NCBI RefSeq assembly: GCF_001194135.2
Contig: NC_068982.1
Location: forward strand, 185,250,268-185,314,267
Length of the DNA: 64,000 nt
DNA from: Octopus bimaculoides
Taxonomy: Eukaryota
Direction of reading: 5' to 3'
How positions within the stretch are numbered: the first letter of the stretch is position 1; every line of letters begins with the position of its first letter. Positions 1 to 11,990 of the stretch are shown piece by piece. The notes under the pieces were generated by a model. That model ran no database searches. It saw only the letters and a list, made by a program, of their open reading frames with translations, and was not told where the DNA came from. The position numbers were made by a program, and so were the translations under genes.

Positions 1-9
1 ATACATCTA

Positions 10-415
10 CAGGGGTTGGGCAAAATAATGGAAACACCAACATCATAATTTTTAAATATCTATAAAAACTGTCAAAAGCTCGTTTATTTTTATATTTTTT
101 TATTTATTATTAGTGTTGCTTAATATGTTTTGTTAAAATTGCTGTTTCTTTTAAGATATCATCAGAAAAAGGTAATTAAAATTCATTAAAATGACAGATC
201 TATCAGACTTTCAAAGAGGTCAAATTGTTGGTGCTCCTATGGCAGGCGCTAGCGTAACAAAAACAGCTGAAACGTTTGATGTATCAAGAAGTACTGTCTC
301 GTAAGTAATGACAGCCTTTGAGAAAGAGGGAAAAAGCTCCTCGTTAAAACAAAACTCCAGAAGAAAACTAAAACTTTCAGATACGGACTGTCGGACTCCT
401 AAGTGAATACCGATA
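10..415 (+). mobile_element. Tc1/mariner transposon 5' fragment (TIR plus decayed N-terminal HTH)
   Basis: TA at 8-9 then CAGGGGTTGGGCAAAATAATGGAAAC TIR-like start; from 191 translates MTDLSDFQRGQIVGAPMAGASVTKTAETFDVSRSTVS*VMTAFEKEG, a Tc1-type paired-like HTH with an in-frame stop. Confidence 0.8.
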
Positions 416-559
416 AATGGTAATTTCAGTGATGCACTGCAACAGCATATGCCCCCATATCTGACCTGTTTCTAGGTGAGAGTAGTTTAGGCTTCCACTG
501 GTCAGTTCAGACCATATGGCTGTTTTTGCACTCACAATGACATTGATTATGTTAGTATT

Positions 560-1440
560 AGTCTAAGTGGTTTCATTTAGCATTCTGCAGAGTATAATGT
601 TTCAGTGACATTAGCTCATTACACTGGATAATACATGTAGTAAGGCAGACATTATGTTAGCATCAATTAATTGTCTTTCTGTAGGGTGTGGAATTTCAGC
701 AACAATAGTTATTACATGGGAAGGTAACCCCTTTGATGGTGTCAGGTGACATAAGTTTGCATGACCTGTATGAGTGATAATAAGCAGTAATCTCAATAGG
801 CAGGAGGGATTATATACGTTGCCATTGTGTGTGAACCGGTAAGGCTTAGAATACTATATCTGAGGAATCAGCAAGTTCATTAACAGAGTGTACTTCTAGT
901 GGCAACAGCAAGATAGGTTAGTCTTTCTATGGATGGAGCAATTCCTCACCAGAGGCAGGGTTGGTAATTACAAGCTCCAAGTGAATAAGGAGAGGCCCAG
1001 TCAAAGATGCTCTAAGTTGGGGAAGTTGTTTCAATGGTCCTTGAGTCACCCAATGAAGTGGGACAGAAAAGCAGTTCTCCCTACACCAGAAAGAGTGCAG
1101 GAGTTGCATGTATCTTTTCTAGAGTCATTGACTGTCATGTTGTTTCATGACGCTACTAGATGCCACGAGAGTGGCTCCATAAATTCCAGTTTTTGAGAAA
1201 TAGGATCTTTCCAATTGGTAGAATTTTGGCAGTTAATATCTTGTGGGTGTGTGCATGAGACCTGTAGCATGCAATGTTGGAAGTGATATTATCTAAGCAT
1301 CCATAACTGACCTTGATGTTTGATATCTATAGGCTCTTAGAAAATGCTTTCAAATTAGTGTCAGGAAGCTCCTAGAATGGAAATATCTAGACTGCATACA
1401 GGATTAAACCAGACTGACCTTTCACTTCCTAATTCTCTTC
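560..1440 (-). mobile_element. Penelope-like element C-terminal remnant (heavily decayed)
   Basis: Minus-strand frames give WFNPV and IKVSYGCLDNI-like words resembling the WFNPP...KISYSC region of Penelope-like ORFs; many frameshifts. Confidence 0.45.
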
Positions 1441-1539
1441 AAGTTTGGATTTGGGAAATCCTCCATATACGTTAACTTGGAAAAATCACACATCACTAAT
1501 GCCTCTTTCTCTGTCAGTCTATCTGTCTGTCTCGCTTTC

Positions 1540-1541
<2 letters not shown>

Positions 1542-1579
<38 letters not shown>

Positions 1580-1599
1580 NNNNNNNNNNNNNNNNNNNN

Positions 1600-1632
<33 letters not shown>
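1542..1632. repeat. (GT)n / N-gap / (TA)n microsatellite
   Basis: Directly visible; N-gap 1580-1599. Confidence 0.95.
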
Positions 1633-1634
<2 letters not shown>

Positions 1635-2000
1635 CCATCACCAGGTTAGCATATGAGGGTGCTACTTTCATGCCCACAGCTGTTCTGTTTATCTGTCTAT
1701 ACATTTTTCTATCAAAGTTGATGTTCTCTTCCAGTACTACATGCATACTTTTGATGACAAAGTCCATTTTGAAATGTTCATTTATCATCTCTCTATGTTT
1801 TTCTATCTAATTGCTTCTAGGCCAAAAGTGAGTGGTATATTAGAATAGAGGTGACAAATGTCAAAGCTTGCTAGAAGAGGAAAAATAAGTCACAGACCTT
1901 TACTTGATGACTTCCCCAGATTAAAACCATCAATTTATTGAAATTTACAGTTAGGCATTTCTGAACTGATTGGTCTCCAAAACAATCAACTGGAAATCTT
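1633..2000 (-). mobile_element. Penelope-like reverse transcriptase fragment
   Basis: LASFDICHLYSNIP (cf. LVSFDVxSLYTNIP) and YRQINRTAVGMKVAPSYANLVM (cf. YxQxxGTAMGxxxAPxYANLFM). Confidence 0.75.
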
Positions 2001-2699
2001 TTGTTCTTTGTTTCATTTTTCAATAAACAGCTGGTATTTTATGAAGATGATAATGACAGCAATAAACACCTGACCCATTTGCCACCCAAACTCCTTAAGA
2101 AGCCAATTCTTTCCCCTCCTCCCTACTGCATCTAATTCATTTATCTTTTGTCTAAACATTCCTCCCACACACATACACATTCAAAACAACAAACAGGTGG
2201 TCAAACTGCTTAACTGATTATTCTCTAATATTCGTTAACTCCAGACCCAAGAAAAATTTATTAAAAATATTTGAGTTCCTGACAACTTTCAATAAATAGC
2301 TGACATCCTTCACACACATATATAAAGTAATATTCTCAATATTTCACAGTTTTTGAAAATTTCCAGTCGGGATGAAAGCACTTATTTGAGCATAATGGAT
2401 GTAATAAAAAGTATTTTCCCTCCTCCTGACTTCTTTCTTCTTCATTAATACACACACAGACACACACACATTATGTGAAAATTGAATGAAGTTACTTACA
2501 TTAAGACCTGACACTTGAGAGAAGGTCCTGCGAAACACATTGAGCATCACTGGCTGAACATATAGAGAAAGAAAGAGAAGACTGTTAATATGACATTGTT
2601 ATATGTGATACAATACCAAGTTTTAATGAATAAATGATGTAACTGTGTGTGTGTGTTTACATATATATTATTATTAACAACAACAATAACAATAACTGT

Positions 2700-2890
2700 T
2701 TTAAATTTTGGCACAGGGCCAGCAAGTTTTGGGGACAGGTTAAGTCATTTACACTGACTCCAGTGCTCAACTGGTACTTATTTTATCAACCCTGAATAGA
2801 TGAAAGGCAAAGTCAACCTTGATGGAATTTGAACTCAGAACATTAGAGACCCACCTAAATGCCACTAAGTATTTTGTCTGATGTGCTACC
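2700..2890 (-). mobile_element. tRNA-derived SINE, family A (Meta/Sauria-like core)
   Basis: Reverse complement has B-box GAGTTCAAATTCC and core GGTTGACTTTGCCTTTCATC...GATAAAATAAGTACCAG. Confidence 0.75.
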
Positions 2891-2917
2891 GATAATAATA
2901 ATAATTATTATAATCTT

Positions 2918-3130
2918 TTCTATTAAAGGCACAAGGCCTGAAATTTTAGGAGAGGAGGAAAGTCAATCACATTAACCCCAGTACTTGACTGGTATTTAAT
3001 TTATCGACCTTGAAAGGGTGAAAGGCAAAGTCAACCTCAGCGGAATTTTAATGTAGAACGTACAGATGGGTGAAATCCCACTAAGCATTTTGCCAGACGT
3101 GCTAATGATTCTGCCATCTCACTGCCTTTA
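2918..3130 (-). mobile_element. tRNA-derived SINE, family A
   Basis: A-box-like TGGCAGAATCATTAG and the same central core as 2700-2890. Confidence 0.8.
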
Positions 3131-3539
3131 AAGTACTGTCACCCCCAATAATAAGAATGTAAAAGGATTAGTTAGTCTCTGTCACCTGTTGTTAGTCTCT
3201 AGCATAAACATAGTTTGTATACAGAACACAGCTGACTTGATAACTGATCAATAAAATTTATTAATCAATGTGTCAAATACAGTTTGTCCCATATCAAGAT
3301 TAAACAGAAAATTTCCATAAAATGACAAGTGTTCTACAGCTCCGTTTTGAAAGTAACAAATGCTGTTTATAATGTGATAATCAAATCTATAAATAAAAGG
3401 GATGGAAGTGGTTGATGAGAACTAAAATTGTTTCAAAAAGCACATTGAATATATATTACATTACATACATCTGATGAGCTTTTTTGAAACAATTGTAGTA
3501 CTCAATGATCTTGTCACTCCTTTTTATTTACAGATATAT

Positions 3540-3880
3540 ATCATGATCACTAAGCATCCATTTTCCAAGCTGGCATGGATTAGACAGTTTGGTTGGAAAT
3601 GGTAAGCTGGAGAGTTGTACCCGACTCCAGTCTGATGTTGACTTGGTTTCTACAGCTGGATGCCCTTCTTAATGCCAACCACTCCAAGAGCATAATGGGG
3701 TACCTTTTATGTGTCACTGTCACAGGTGCTTTATGTGTCACTATCAAAGGTGTCTTTTACATGTCACCAGCACTGTCCACGACTATGATTTCACTTGGCC
3801 TGACGAGTCTTCTCAAGTAACGCAAACTGTAACAGGTCTCAATCATTTGTCATCGCTTCTGCATGACCCAACATCTGAAT
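3540..3880 (-). mobile_element. RTE LINE 3' end, 5'-truncated and decayed
   Basis: Family core TTTCTACAGCTGGATGCCCTTC(C/T)TAATGCCAACCACTC plus end of RTE ORF. Confidence 0.7.
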
Positions 3881-4514
3881 ATTATTAATATATATATATA
3901 CATACATACATACATATATATATATATAGCTTCCTGGTAATTAATCGATATTAATTAATATATGATTTTTTACCCTATTTTTTTATATATATATATATAT
4001 ATATAGATAGATAGACAGATAGATACACACACAAAGTAGAAAGAGAAGACAGTAAAATTGATATGGCTGAATGGGATAATACAATAATAAATTTTAATGT
4101 GATGTGGTTAAACTACTTTTAGAATGTCTACAGCATTGTTTTCTCCACACACAAAGTAGAAAGAGAAAACAGCAAAAATGTCATTGCTATATGTGATAAT
4201 GTAATAATAGTAAGGTTAAATTTATGTGAAGTGAACGATCAGACATAAAGCTTATTGAAGTTATATAAACACAGATACTAAGCACTTGAAAGGTAACCAC
4301 AAATATATTATGTAGGTTGGAACTAGCACGAGTTTACCAGTGTGCACGCATATTACATGTGTAGCACTCTTGAAGAATACATGTCACTGTATGTGATTTG
4401 ATGCCATCGTTCCAGAAGCTCTTCTCTTCGGTTACTTCATCTCAGTATTCCCTCCTTTGCAACAATGTTTTGTCATCCAACTTTGCTGCCACTATTTTCC
4501 CCAAATCTCTAATC

Positions 4515-4790
4515 CCCCAGGCATGCTGGCATGGGTTGGACAGTTTGACTGGGGCTGGCCAGCTGCACCAGACCCCAGTCCGTTTTGGCATGGGTTCTAT
4601 GGCTGGATACCCTTCCTAATGCCAACCACTCTACAGAGTGTAATGGGTGCTTTTATGTGCCACCGGCACAGGAGCCATTTGCATGACAACAGAATCTGCC
4701 ACAACTGTGGTTTTAATTGGCTTGACGGGTCTTCTCAAACATGGCACAATGCCAAATGGACTCAGTCATTGCCTCCATGAGGCCCATCTA
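4515..4790 (-). mobile_element. RTE LINE 3' end, 5'-truncated
   Basis: Same family core and ORF-terminal sequence. Confidence 0.75.
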
Positions 4791-4794
4791 ACTC

Positions 4795-4925
4795 TTCGAA
4801 ACGCTTAGTGTAGAATGGTGGTAGCTGATGAAGGAAATGTTCTCTATGTGACCTGTGTTTTCTGTGCTCTGTTTATGTTCTGTTTTTCATTTTGTCCACA
4901 TTTTTTGTGACATCCTGTACCCAGA
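4795..4925 (+). repeat. Short repeat homologous to 26570-26770 (probable Penelope-like terminus)
   Basis: CTTCGAAAC...CTGATGAAGGAAATGTTCTCTATG...CATCCTGTAC matches the reverse complement of the 26.6-26.8 kb segment; Penelope assignment is inference. Confidence 0.5.
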
Positions 4926-5005
4926 TATGCATCTATATATACATGTGGATGCAGGTATGTACATACATGTACGTATATATGCATATACTCACATATTATT
5001 TGTAT

Positions 5006-5043
<38 letters not shown>

Positions 5044-5494
5044 TTATATATACACAAACACACATATTCATATAATGCACACTTACACACACATATAGGA
5101 AGACATGAGTGTGCATAAATTGTATACTCATACAAACAAATATGGCATGCAATTCAGAAGTCAACAGAAATGACAAATAAAATAAAGAACAGAGAAATGT
5201 GAGTGACGTAATTCCTAGAAATACATTAGAGGTGGTGGGTGATCTCATCAATCCCTTTTATTTACAGATATATATGTTATAGGTGATAGATGTGGTGATT
5301 ATTGAGCTGAATATGATATTGGTGGTGGTAGATGAGACTATTGGACTACTTGGGTGATAGGTAGCTGTTCATGGTGGTGTGGATGTCAGGTGAGTATTGG
5401 ACTATAATGAAGGTGTTCAGTAACAGGTGAAAGGTCTATGTATGTCAACTGTATAATAGTGGTTATGATCGTGGGAAACAGATGAATATTGAAC

Positions 5495-5769
5495 ATCATC
5501 ATCGTTTAACGTCTGCTTTCCATGCTAGCATGGGTTGGATGATTTGACTGAGGACTGGTGAAACCGGATGGCTACACCAGGCTCCAATCTGATTTGGCAG
5601 AGTTTCTACAGCTGGATGCCCTTCCTAATGCCAACCACTCTGAGAGTGTAGTGGGTGTTTTACGTGCCACCCGCACAAAGGCCAGTCAGAGGGTACTGGC
5701 AACGGCCATGCTCAAATGGTGTATTTTATGTGCCACCCGCACAAGAGACAATCCAGGGGCACTGGCAAC
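5495..5769 (-). mobile_element. RTE LINE 3' end with (GAT)n tail
   Basis: (CAT)n-CGTTTAACGTCTGCTTTCCATGCTAGCATGGGTTGG... close to copies at 8541, 15186 and 26073. Confidence 0.9.
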
Positions 5770-5791
5770 AAATAGATATGAATTAGCAGTA

Positions 5792-7745
5792 ATCATCATC
5801 ATCATCATTTAATGTCTGTTGTCCATGCTGGCAAGCTGGAGGGCCGCACCAGACTCCAATCTAATTTGGCATGGTTTCTACGTTGGATGCTTCAAAACCT
5901 CATCCCATGTCTTCCTGGAACTTTTCTAGTTTTGGTAGTGATTCAACTATAAGAGCAAGGTCATCAGCATAGAGGAGCTCCCAGGTGCAGCCTGTCTTAA
6001 GTTCTTCTGTTATTGTCTGGGGGACTATGATGAACAAGAAGGGGGATGAGGACCAATCCTTGGTGAACCCCTACTTGTACCCTGAATTCTTTGCTGTGCT
6101 CATTGCCAACCCTCACCTTACTGGTAGCATCTCCGTACATGGCTTGGTCAGCTCTCACCAACCACTTGCCTATCCCTAGTTTCCACATTGACCACCTGGT
6201 AAGGGATTGGTGGACCCTGTCAAAGGCTTTCTCCAAGTCAATAAAAGCCAAGTACAGAGGTTTATCTTTGGCTATGTATTTCTCCTGCAGCTGCCTTATC
6301 AGAAATATAGCATCAGTCGTGCNNNNNNNNNNTATTTCTCCTGCAGCTGCCTTATCAGAAATATAGCATCAGTCGTGCTTCTCCCTGGCACAAAACCAAA
6401 CTGCATCTCATCTAGACTAACTCTCTCCCTAATTAGTTGGGCAATGATTCTCTCTGTAACTTTCACCACCTGATCCAATAATTTGATACCCTTGTAATTA
6501 TTTCTATCTAAGGCATCACCTTTACCTTTGTAGTAGTTGACTATGGTACCACTACACCAGTCATTGGGTATGACTCCTTCATGAACTACCTGATTTACAA
6601 TATGGGTGACTAAACCATAACCCACACCACCAGATATCTTAAGCATCTCAGCGGTGATTCCTGATGGGCCGGGGGCTTTCCCTGTCTTCATATTCTTAAT
6701 TGCTTTATCTACCAAGATACTGTGGATTCGGGTAGCTGGTTCTCCTCCTCCTCCTATTCATTCTCCTTTTTCAGCAGTCTTTCATAATGGCATTTCAAAG
6801 CTTCTTTCTTTGCAGAATCATTAAATACAAGTGCACTATCATCCATGAAGACACATTTCTCTCCTATGACATAACAATTTTCTCTCACACACTGTCTTGC
6901 AATTCAAAACACTTCAGTTCTTTGGTCCTCACACTGCTGAACATAGGCAAATTTCTTTTTTTCTGCTTCTCCCTTGGTTAGATATACCTGTCTCCTAGCT
7001 CCCCTTCTGACTATCTGATACAGTTCCCTGCTACCCCCACTCTTCCAGGCCTATTTCTTTTCTCTAATGGCCCTGTCTACAGCATTGTTCCAGCACCATG
7101 TTACACTAGGTCTGGATGGGATTTTGCACCAATGCAGATTTGGTCTGTGGCACTCAGCAGGAATTCCCAGTTGCCCTCTATGTCACAATTCTCTAGATCC
7201 TCCTCCCTCTCATCAAATTTCTCAGTTAGGATGTCCCCAAATCTGCATTACAGAACTCCAGTAGCCTTGTTCCCTCTTCGTTTCAGGAACCAATTCTATG
7301 GCCCCTATGGAAGATACCAGGCTGCTGTCTGACATGCCCATACAAATCCTCAGCCATGAAGACAAGATCATAGTCACTCATCTTTGAGGTAGCCTGCAGA
7401 AGACTATCATAAAAGTGGTCCTTCTGTTCATTTGGTAGGCCCGCTTCTGGGGCATAGGCAGATATAATTGTTGCAATGCTATTCTGCAGGACTAGCCTAA
7501 GCTTAAGCACTTTATTGTACACTCTGACTACCTCTATGACCTTATCCACCCATTTCTCTGCAAGAAGTATGCCCACACCACGTACCTTGTCACTGTCACC
7601 TTCCCAGAAGATTTTATACTTATGTGCCTTGCCTGTGAGGAACCTGGCTGATGCAACATACATCAACTCTTGGATGCAACACATATCAACACACCTCTGT
7701 TCAAGCATCTCAACAATCTTGCCTTCATTCAAGCATTGGAGAGAT
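5792..7745 (-). mobile_element. RTE-clade LINE with decayed endonuclease and RT ORF, internally deleted, tail present
   Basis: EN: EIVEMLEQRCVDMCCIQE, ISAYAP; RT: GKAPGPSGITAEMLK, NYKGIKLL, QFGFVPGRSTTDAIF, FIDLEKAFDRV, GVHQG, YADD-like at about 5960; (GAT)n tail at 5792. Confidence 0.92.
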
Positions 7746-7754
7746 AAATATAAG

Positions 7755-8125
7755 TTTCAAATTTTGGTATAGAGCCAGCAATTCTGGGGGAGGGGTTAAG
7801 TTGACCTTGGTGGAATTTGAACTCAAAACATAAACATGGATGAAATGCTGTAAAATATGACTAAGTTGCTAGAACAACTACATTGTTAGAAATAAGAACT
7901 AAACAGTTCTTATGCTGTTGTTTAAAGCACATAATTGTATACATGTGTACTAACAGGAACTGTAATCGCCCAAAAATACTGGTCGTGAATTCCCTATACT
8001 GATTGGTCAGTTTCAGGTATTGATCAATATAGGGAATTCTTGACCAGTGTTTTTGGGTGATTACAGTCCCTGTCAGTACATATGTATACAATTAGCCTGG
8101 CATGCTAACAATTCTGCTAACATTA
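7755..8125 (-). mobile_element. tRNA-derived SINE family A, internally deleted and split by a foldback insert
   Basis: GGAATTTGAACTC B-box segment to about 7855; head resumes at about 8093 (GCCTGGCATGCTAACAATTCTGC). Confidence 0.65.
7855..8093. mobile_element. Truncated copy of the foldback element at 9039-9414
   Basis: About 96% identical (9 differences in about 238 nt, by eye) to the reverse complement of 9131-9403 minus its central loop. Confidence 0.85.
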
Positions 8126-8133
8126 ATGTAGAG

Positions 8134-8255
8134 ATCATCATCATCATCGTTTAACGTCCGCTTTCCATGCTAGCATGGGTTGGACGACTTGACTGAGGAC
8201 TGGTAAAACCGGATGGCAACACCAGGCTCCAATCTAAATTTGGCAGAGTTTCTAC
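8134..8255 (-). mobile_element. RTE LINE 3' tail
   Basis: (CAT)n plus 110 nt of family consensus. Confidence 0.9.
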
Positions 8256-8540
8256 CAAATAAATATTAGAAACATTAGTGGATTGTTGGACCATGCAAAG
8301 TAGTGGTGGCAATTGTTGGACTATACATAGTCTTGGACTGTGGTTGATGTTGGCTGTTGGACTGTGCACTGAAGTACAGTGACCTCTATTTGCAAACCCA
8401 TGCAATTGCACTCACTATTTCTTGTGCACTAAATAATACAAAATGTGAGTTTGTTATCACATTTCTCCATTACTGACACCCACACCCATATGGTGGCACC
8501 AACCATCCACTCTCCCTTCACCTACATTAACATACAAGTT

Positions 8541-8868
8541 TGCCGTTGCCTGACTGGCCTTCGTAGGATTTTCGAACGAGATCGTTGCCAGTGCCCCTGG
8601 ACTGGCTCTTGTGTGGGTGGCACATAAAATACACCATTTTGAGCGAGGCCGTTGCCAGTACAGTGTGACTGGCCTTTGTGCGGGTGACACGTAAAAGCAC
8701 CCACTACACTCTTGGAGTGGTTGGCGTTAGGAAGGGTATCCAGCTGTAGAAACTCTGCCAAATCAGATTGGAGCCTGGTGTTGCCATCCGGTTTCACCAG
8801 TCCTCAGTCAAATCGTCCAACCCATGCTAGCATGGAAAGCAGACGTTAAACGATGATGATGATGATGA
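8541..8868 (+). mobile_element. RTE LINE 3' end
   Basis: Tandem GTGGCAC/TTGCCAGT modules, GGTTGGCGTTAGGAAGGGTATCCAGCTGTAGAAAC core, (GAT)n tail. Confidence 0.9.
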
Positions 8869-9038
8869 CTGCTCATTACATTTCTCATTTGAAAATGAAC
8901 TTCTCATATGAAGGGCCAGGTGTGAGACATTAGATTTCTGGTCTGATAGTCTGAGAGAAAAATCCATAAAATGCATGCATAGTGAGACTTAATTTCTATA
9001 TCCTTAGAATCAAATACATACATATATGTGTATGTGTG

Positions 9039-9414
9039 TATAATTATCACTAAATATGTCTAGGGTGTTAGGACACCTACATTGCTAGAAATAAGAGCTT
9101 AAAAGCTCTAATGCTGTAGATAAAGCACATAATTGTATACATATGTACTGACAGGGAATGTAATCACCCAAAAACACTGGTCAAGAATTCCCTATATTGA
9201 TCAATCAGTTCTGGCTAATTCTGTAGCCTCATCGATACCTGAAACTGACCAATCAGTATAGGGAATTCCTGACCAGTGTTTTTGGGCGATTACAGTTCCT
9301 GTTAGTACACATGTGTACAATTATGTGCTTTAAACAACAGCATAAGAACAGTTTAGCTCTTATTTCTAGCAATGTAGTTGTTCTAGCACCTTAGTCATAT
9401 TTAGTGACAATTAT
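9039..9414. mobile_element. Foldback/MITE-like palindromic element
   Basis: TATAATTATCACTAAATATG...CATATTTAGTGACAATTATA termini; imperfect inverted arms of about 160 bp around a short loop. Confidence 0.85.
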
Positions 9415-9879
9415 AGTTTTCCTTTTGGGTAACACATTGCACACGTGTCTATATATTTATATATACTGTTCAAACATATATATTATTTGAACTTGAAAGT
9501 AAATATTGTAAAGATTGTATCACTGTAACAACAGCAGTAACAACAACAATGATGGCAGGGTGGGGTGGGACAATAACAATATAACAGTAGCAGCTAACAG
9601 TAGTAACAAATGAATCGATGGTAAGTCTTTAGACTTTATCCAGGTGTGATGATTTAGTTAGATTAGAAAACTAAGATATGTTCAACCTTTCACCATTGAT
9701 ACAAATACCCATTTACCTGTCCACTTGGCAGTCAAATAATGTCCACTTATCAATGAAACTAGAAACTAGCCGGTTCCTTTATAGCCTACATGTATATACT
9801 TGTCACCACTCCAAATTATGTTGGCTGTATTGTCTAAAAATAATTTAACTGATTCCTTGTTTATTTTTTTGAATTTTAA

Positions 9880-10080
9880 GGAAACTTCAGTAACCGCTTG
9901 ACCTGCAAGAAATAGCAACCAAATTTCTTCAAATTATACACTTCCATCTAAGAAAAGAACACATTAAATAATATAGTCCAGAGGTCACCATTCATAGGAA
10001 CAAGATAAGATAGTCACAATTGGATTGCTTTTGATCAAAAGTTTACTCATTGACAGTTGATTTGGGATTATACAACAATT
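9880..10080 (+). repeat. Short interspersed repeat ending in (CAA)n, family C (unclassified retroposon-like)
   Basis: TTGACCTGxxAGAAATAGCAACCAAAT...TTGATCA...TACAACAA; related copies near 10440-10590, 14545-14733, 25800-25915, 28745-28922, 35960-36146 (+) and 29180-29345, 32025-32190 (-). Confidence 0.55.
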
Positions 10081-10993
10081 GTGAACAGGAATAATCTCTG
10101 TTGCTTGTAGTTTTTTTAATTCGCTACATTTTTATGTCCTGTGCTGAGTAGGAAAATACTTAAAAGTGACTTTCATTGTCCTCGTTTTGCTAAGAGATGA
10201 TTGTTACAAGTGACAATCAGGTTAGCTTATGACATCATCATATTTAATTGCCATAAATCTTATCAAATTCAGAGTAAAAAACTTGTAGACATAAGTAATT
10301 TTTTCCATTATTAAGCATGTTTGGAACTGAATAAAATGTCCTCATATAAAAATATGAAGGGAGGTTTTAATCTAAATATGAATATTTAAAAAGATTCCAT
10401 ATTTCGAGAATTTGAGGTGATGGTCACAGGTAGGTTGGTATGAAAATGATAAAAGAAAGGACACATTGGCATTGAATAATAATATAGACCTAGATACACA
10501 ATGTCTGAAAATTAGATGGGATGGTCACGATTGGAATACTTTTGGTTATAGGTGTGCTTGATCAAGGCTTGCCTGAACCTAAACACCGATAAGTTGGGTA
10601 ATGTAGCTGTAGATATGCTATGTCAAAAAAAAAACCCCAAAAAACCCAAAAAGGATGCACTATTGGAATGATTTTTTAATATGGGAGTTAGCTAAACCAG
10701 GATTGACCTGGAGCCAAACAACAGCCACATGAAGGCTGAACTTCCTAATTTTCTCCCTCCTTTAGAATAAAAAAATAAATTTTACAAGTGAGGAATTGGT
10801 CCAATGCATCACATTGCAGTTGTTCAGCATGGTTTTGGATTCATATTCTACTGGATTCCAGTTTGACTATCATTGGTAAAATACCAGTATTATCACAAAA
10901 TTGACTCTACACTAGTCTTAAAGTATTTCTAGTAGTAGTGCTGGATTAAATATGTCAAAGCAGTGAACCTCAAACTTATTCTGTTGTGGTAAA

Positions 10994-11269
10994 CCCATTA
11001 CCTCCCATAACTCTATTAACTGGAATTTTTTATGAAACTTTGATTTCTAGCATAAAACAGCCTTAGAAACACACTGGAATGATCAAAATAACATTTTAAA
11101 TAGAAATAAGCGAGATATTGGGTGAAAAATTAGCAAACCTCATTTGAATATCAGAGAAATATACCTAGTAGATATAGCAAAAAGGTTAGATATGTGTAAA
11201 TATTGACAGATAATTAAGAAATTTGTAATTTTTAAGTGATCTCATATGAGATCACTGGTAGGTAATGGG
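10994..11269. mobile_element. piggyBac-like MITE
   Basis: TIR CCCATTACCTCCCA/TGGTAGGTAATGGG (1 mismatch), flanked by TAAA and TTAA; perfect 22-bp palindrome AGTGATCTCATATGAGATCACT at 11235-11256. Confidence 0.7.
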
Positions 11270-11649
11270 TTAAACAGTTTAATATGGGTGGGAGGGAAGT
11301 CATAGAGTGAGAATATGTTAAACAAAATCTTAATTCTTCCATCCTCTGTTTTAAATCACAGACATTTTTCTATTAAACACTTGCAATAACATTACAATCC
11401 TAGCACCACTTCCCACCAACAACATTAATCTATAATCCAGGTTAAACATTAACAATGATAATATCAGCGAACCATTCTGCTTTAATAAACTCCTGTGGGA
11501 GCTTCAAATTTCAACCTTGTTTCCTGTGTTGAATAACTAATCCCTCGGCAATTGTTCAGATTCCTCTGAGTAAGTTTACAAACTTCCAAACCTATGTCAC
11601 ATAACTGTCCAGGAAATACTAGGAACAAGTAAAATAGAGATTTCTTACA

Positions 11650-11745
11650 TAGGCAGAAGAAGTTTACTACACAAAAATATGGTTCTGGATTCAGTCCCAT
11701 AATATGACACCTTTGCGAAAGTGTCTTCTATCATGGCCTCACATC
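11650..11745 (+). mobile_element. tRNA-derived SINE family B (CORE-like), 5' fragment
   Basis: GGATTCAGTCCCA B-box followed by CACCTTTGCGAAAGTGTCTTCTA core. Confidence 0.6.
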
Positions 11746-11759
11746 GAATTGTAAATTAC

Positions 11760-11985
11760 TTTTATTCCCTTACTTCTTTCAGTCATTTAACAGCAGCCAT
11801 GCTGGAGCACCGCCGTAAAGGGTTTTTAGTTGAAGAAATCAACCCCTGAACTTATCTCTTGTAAGCTTAGTACTTATTCCATCAGTCTATTTTGCTGAAC
11901 TGCTAAGTTACAGGGATGTAAACATACCAACATCAGTTGTCAAGTGATAGTAGGGGGACAAACACAAGATCACACACACATAAAT
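11760..11985 (-). mobile_element. SINE family B, 3' half
   Basis: TTTCAGTCATT...GCCATGCTGGAGCACCGCC tail and GCTGAACTGCTAAGTTAC body on the reverse strand. Confidence 0.8.
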
Positions 11986-11990
11986 ATAAA

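Noticed and set aside
6277-6378. 46-bp direct duplication in the RTE ORF
   Set aside because: Copies flank a 10-N gap exactly; typical contig-overlap assembly artefact
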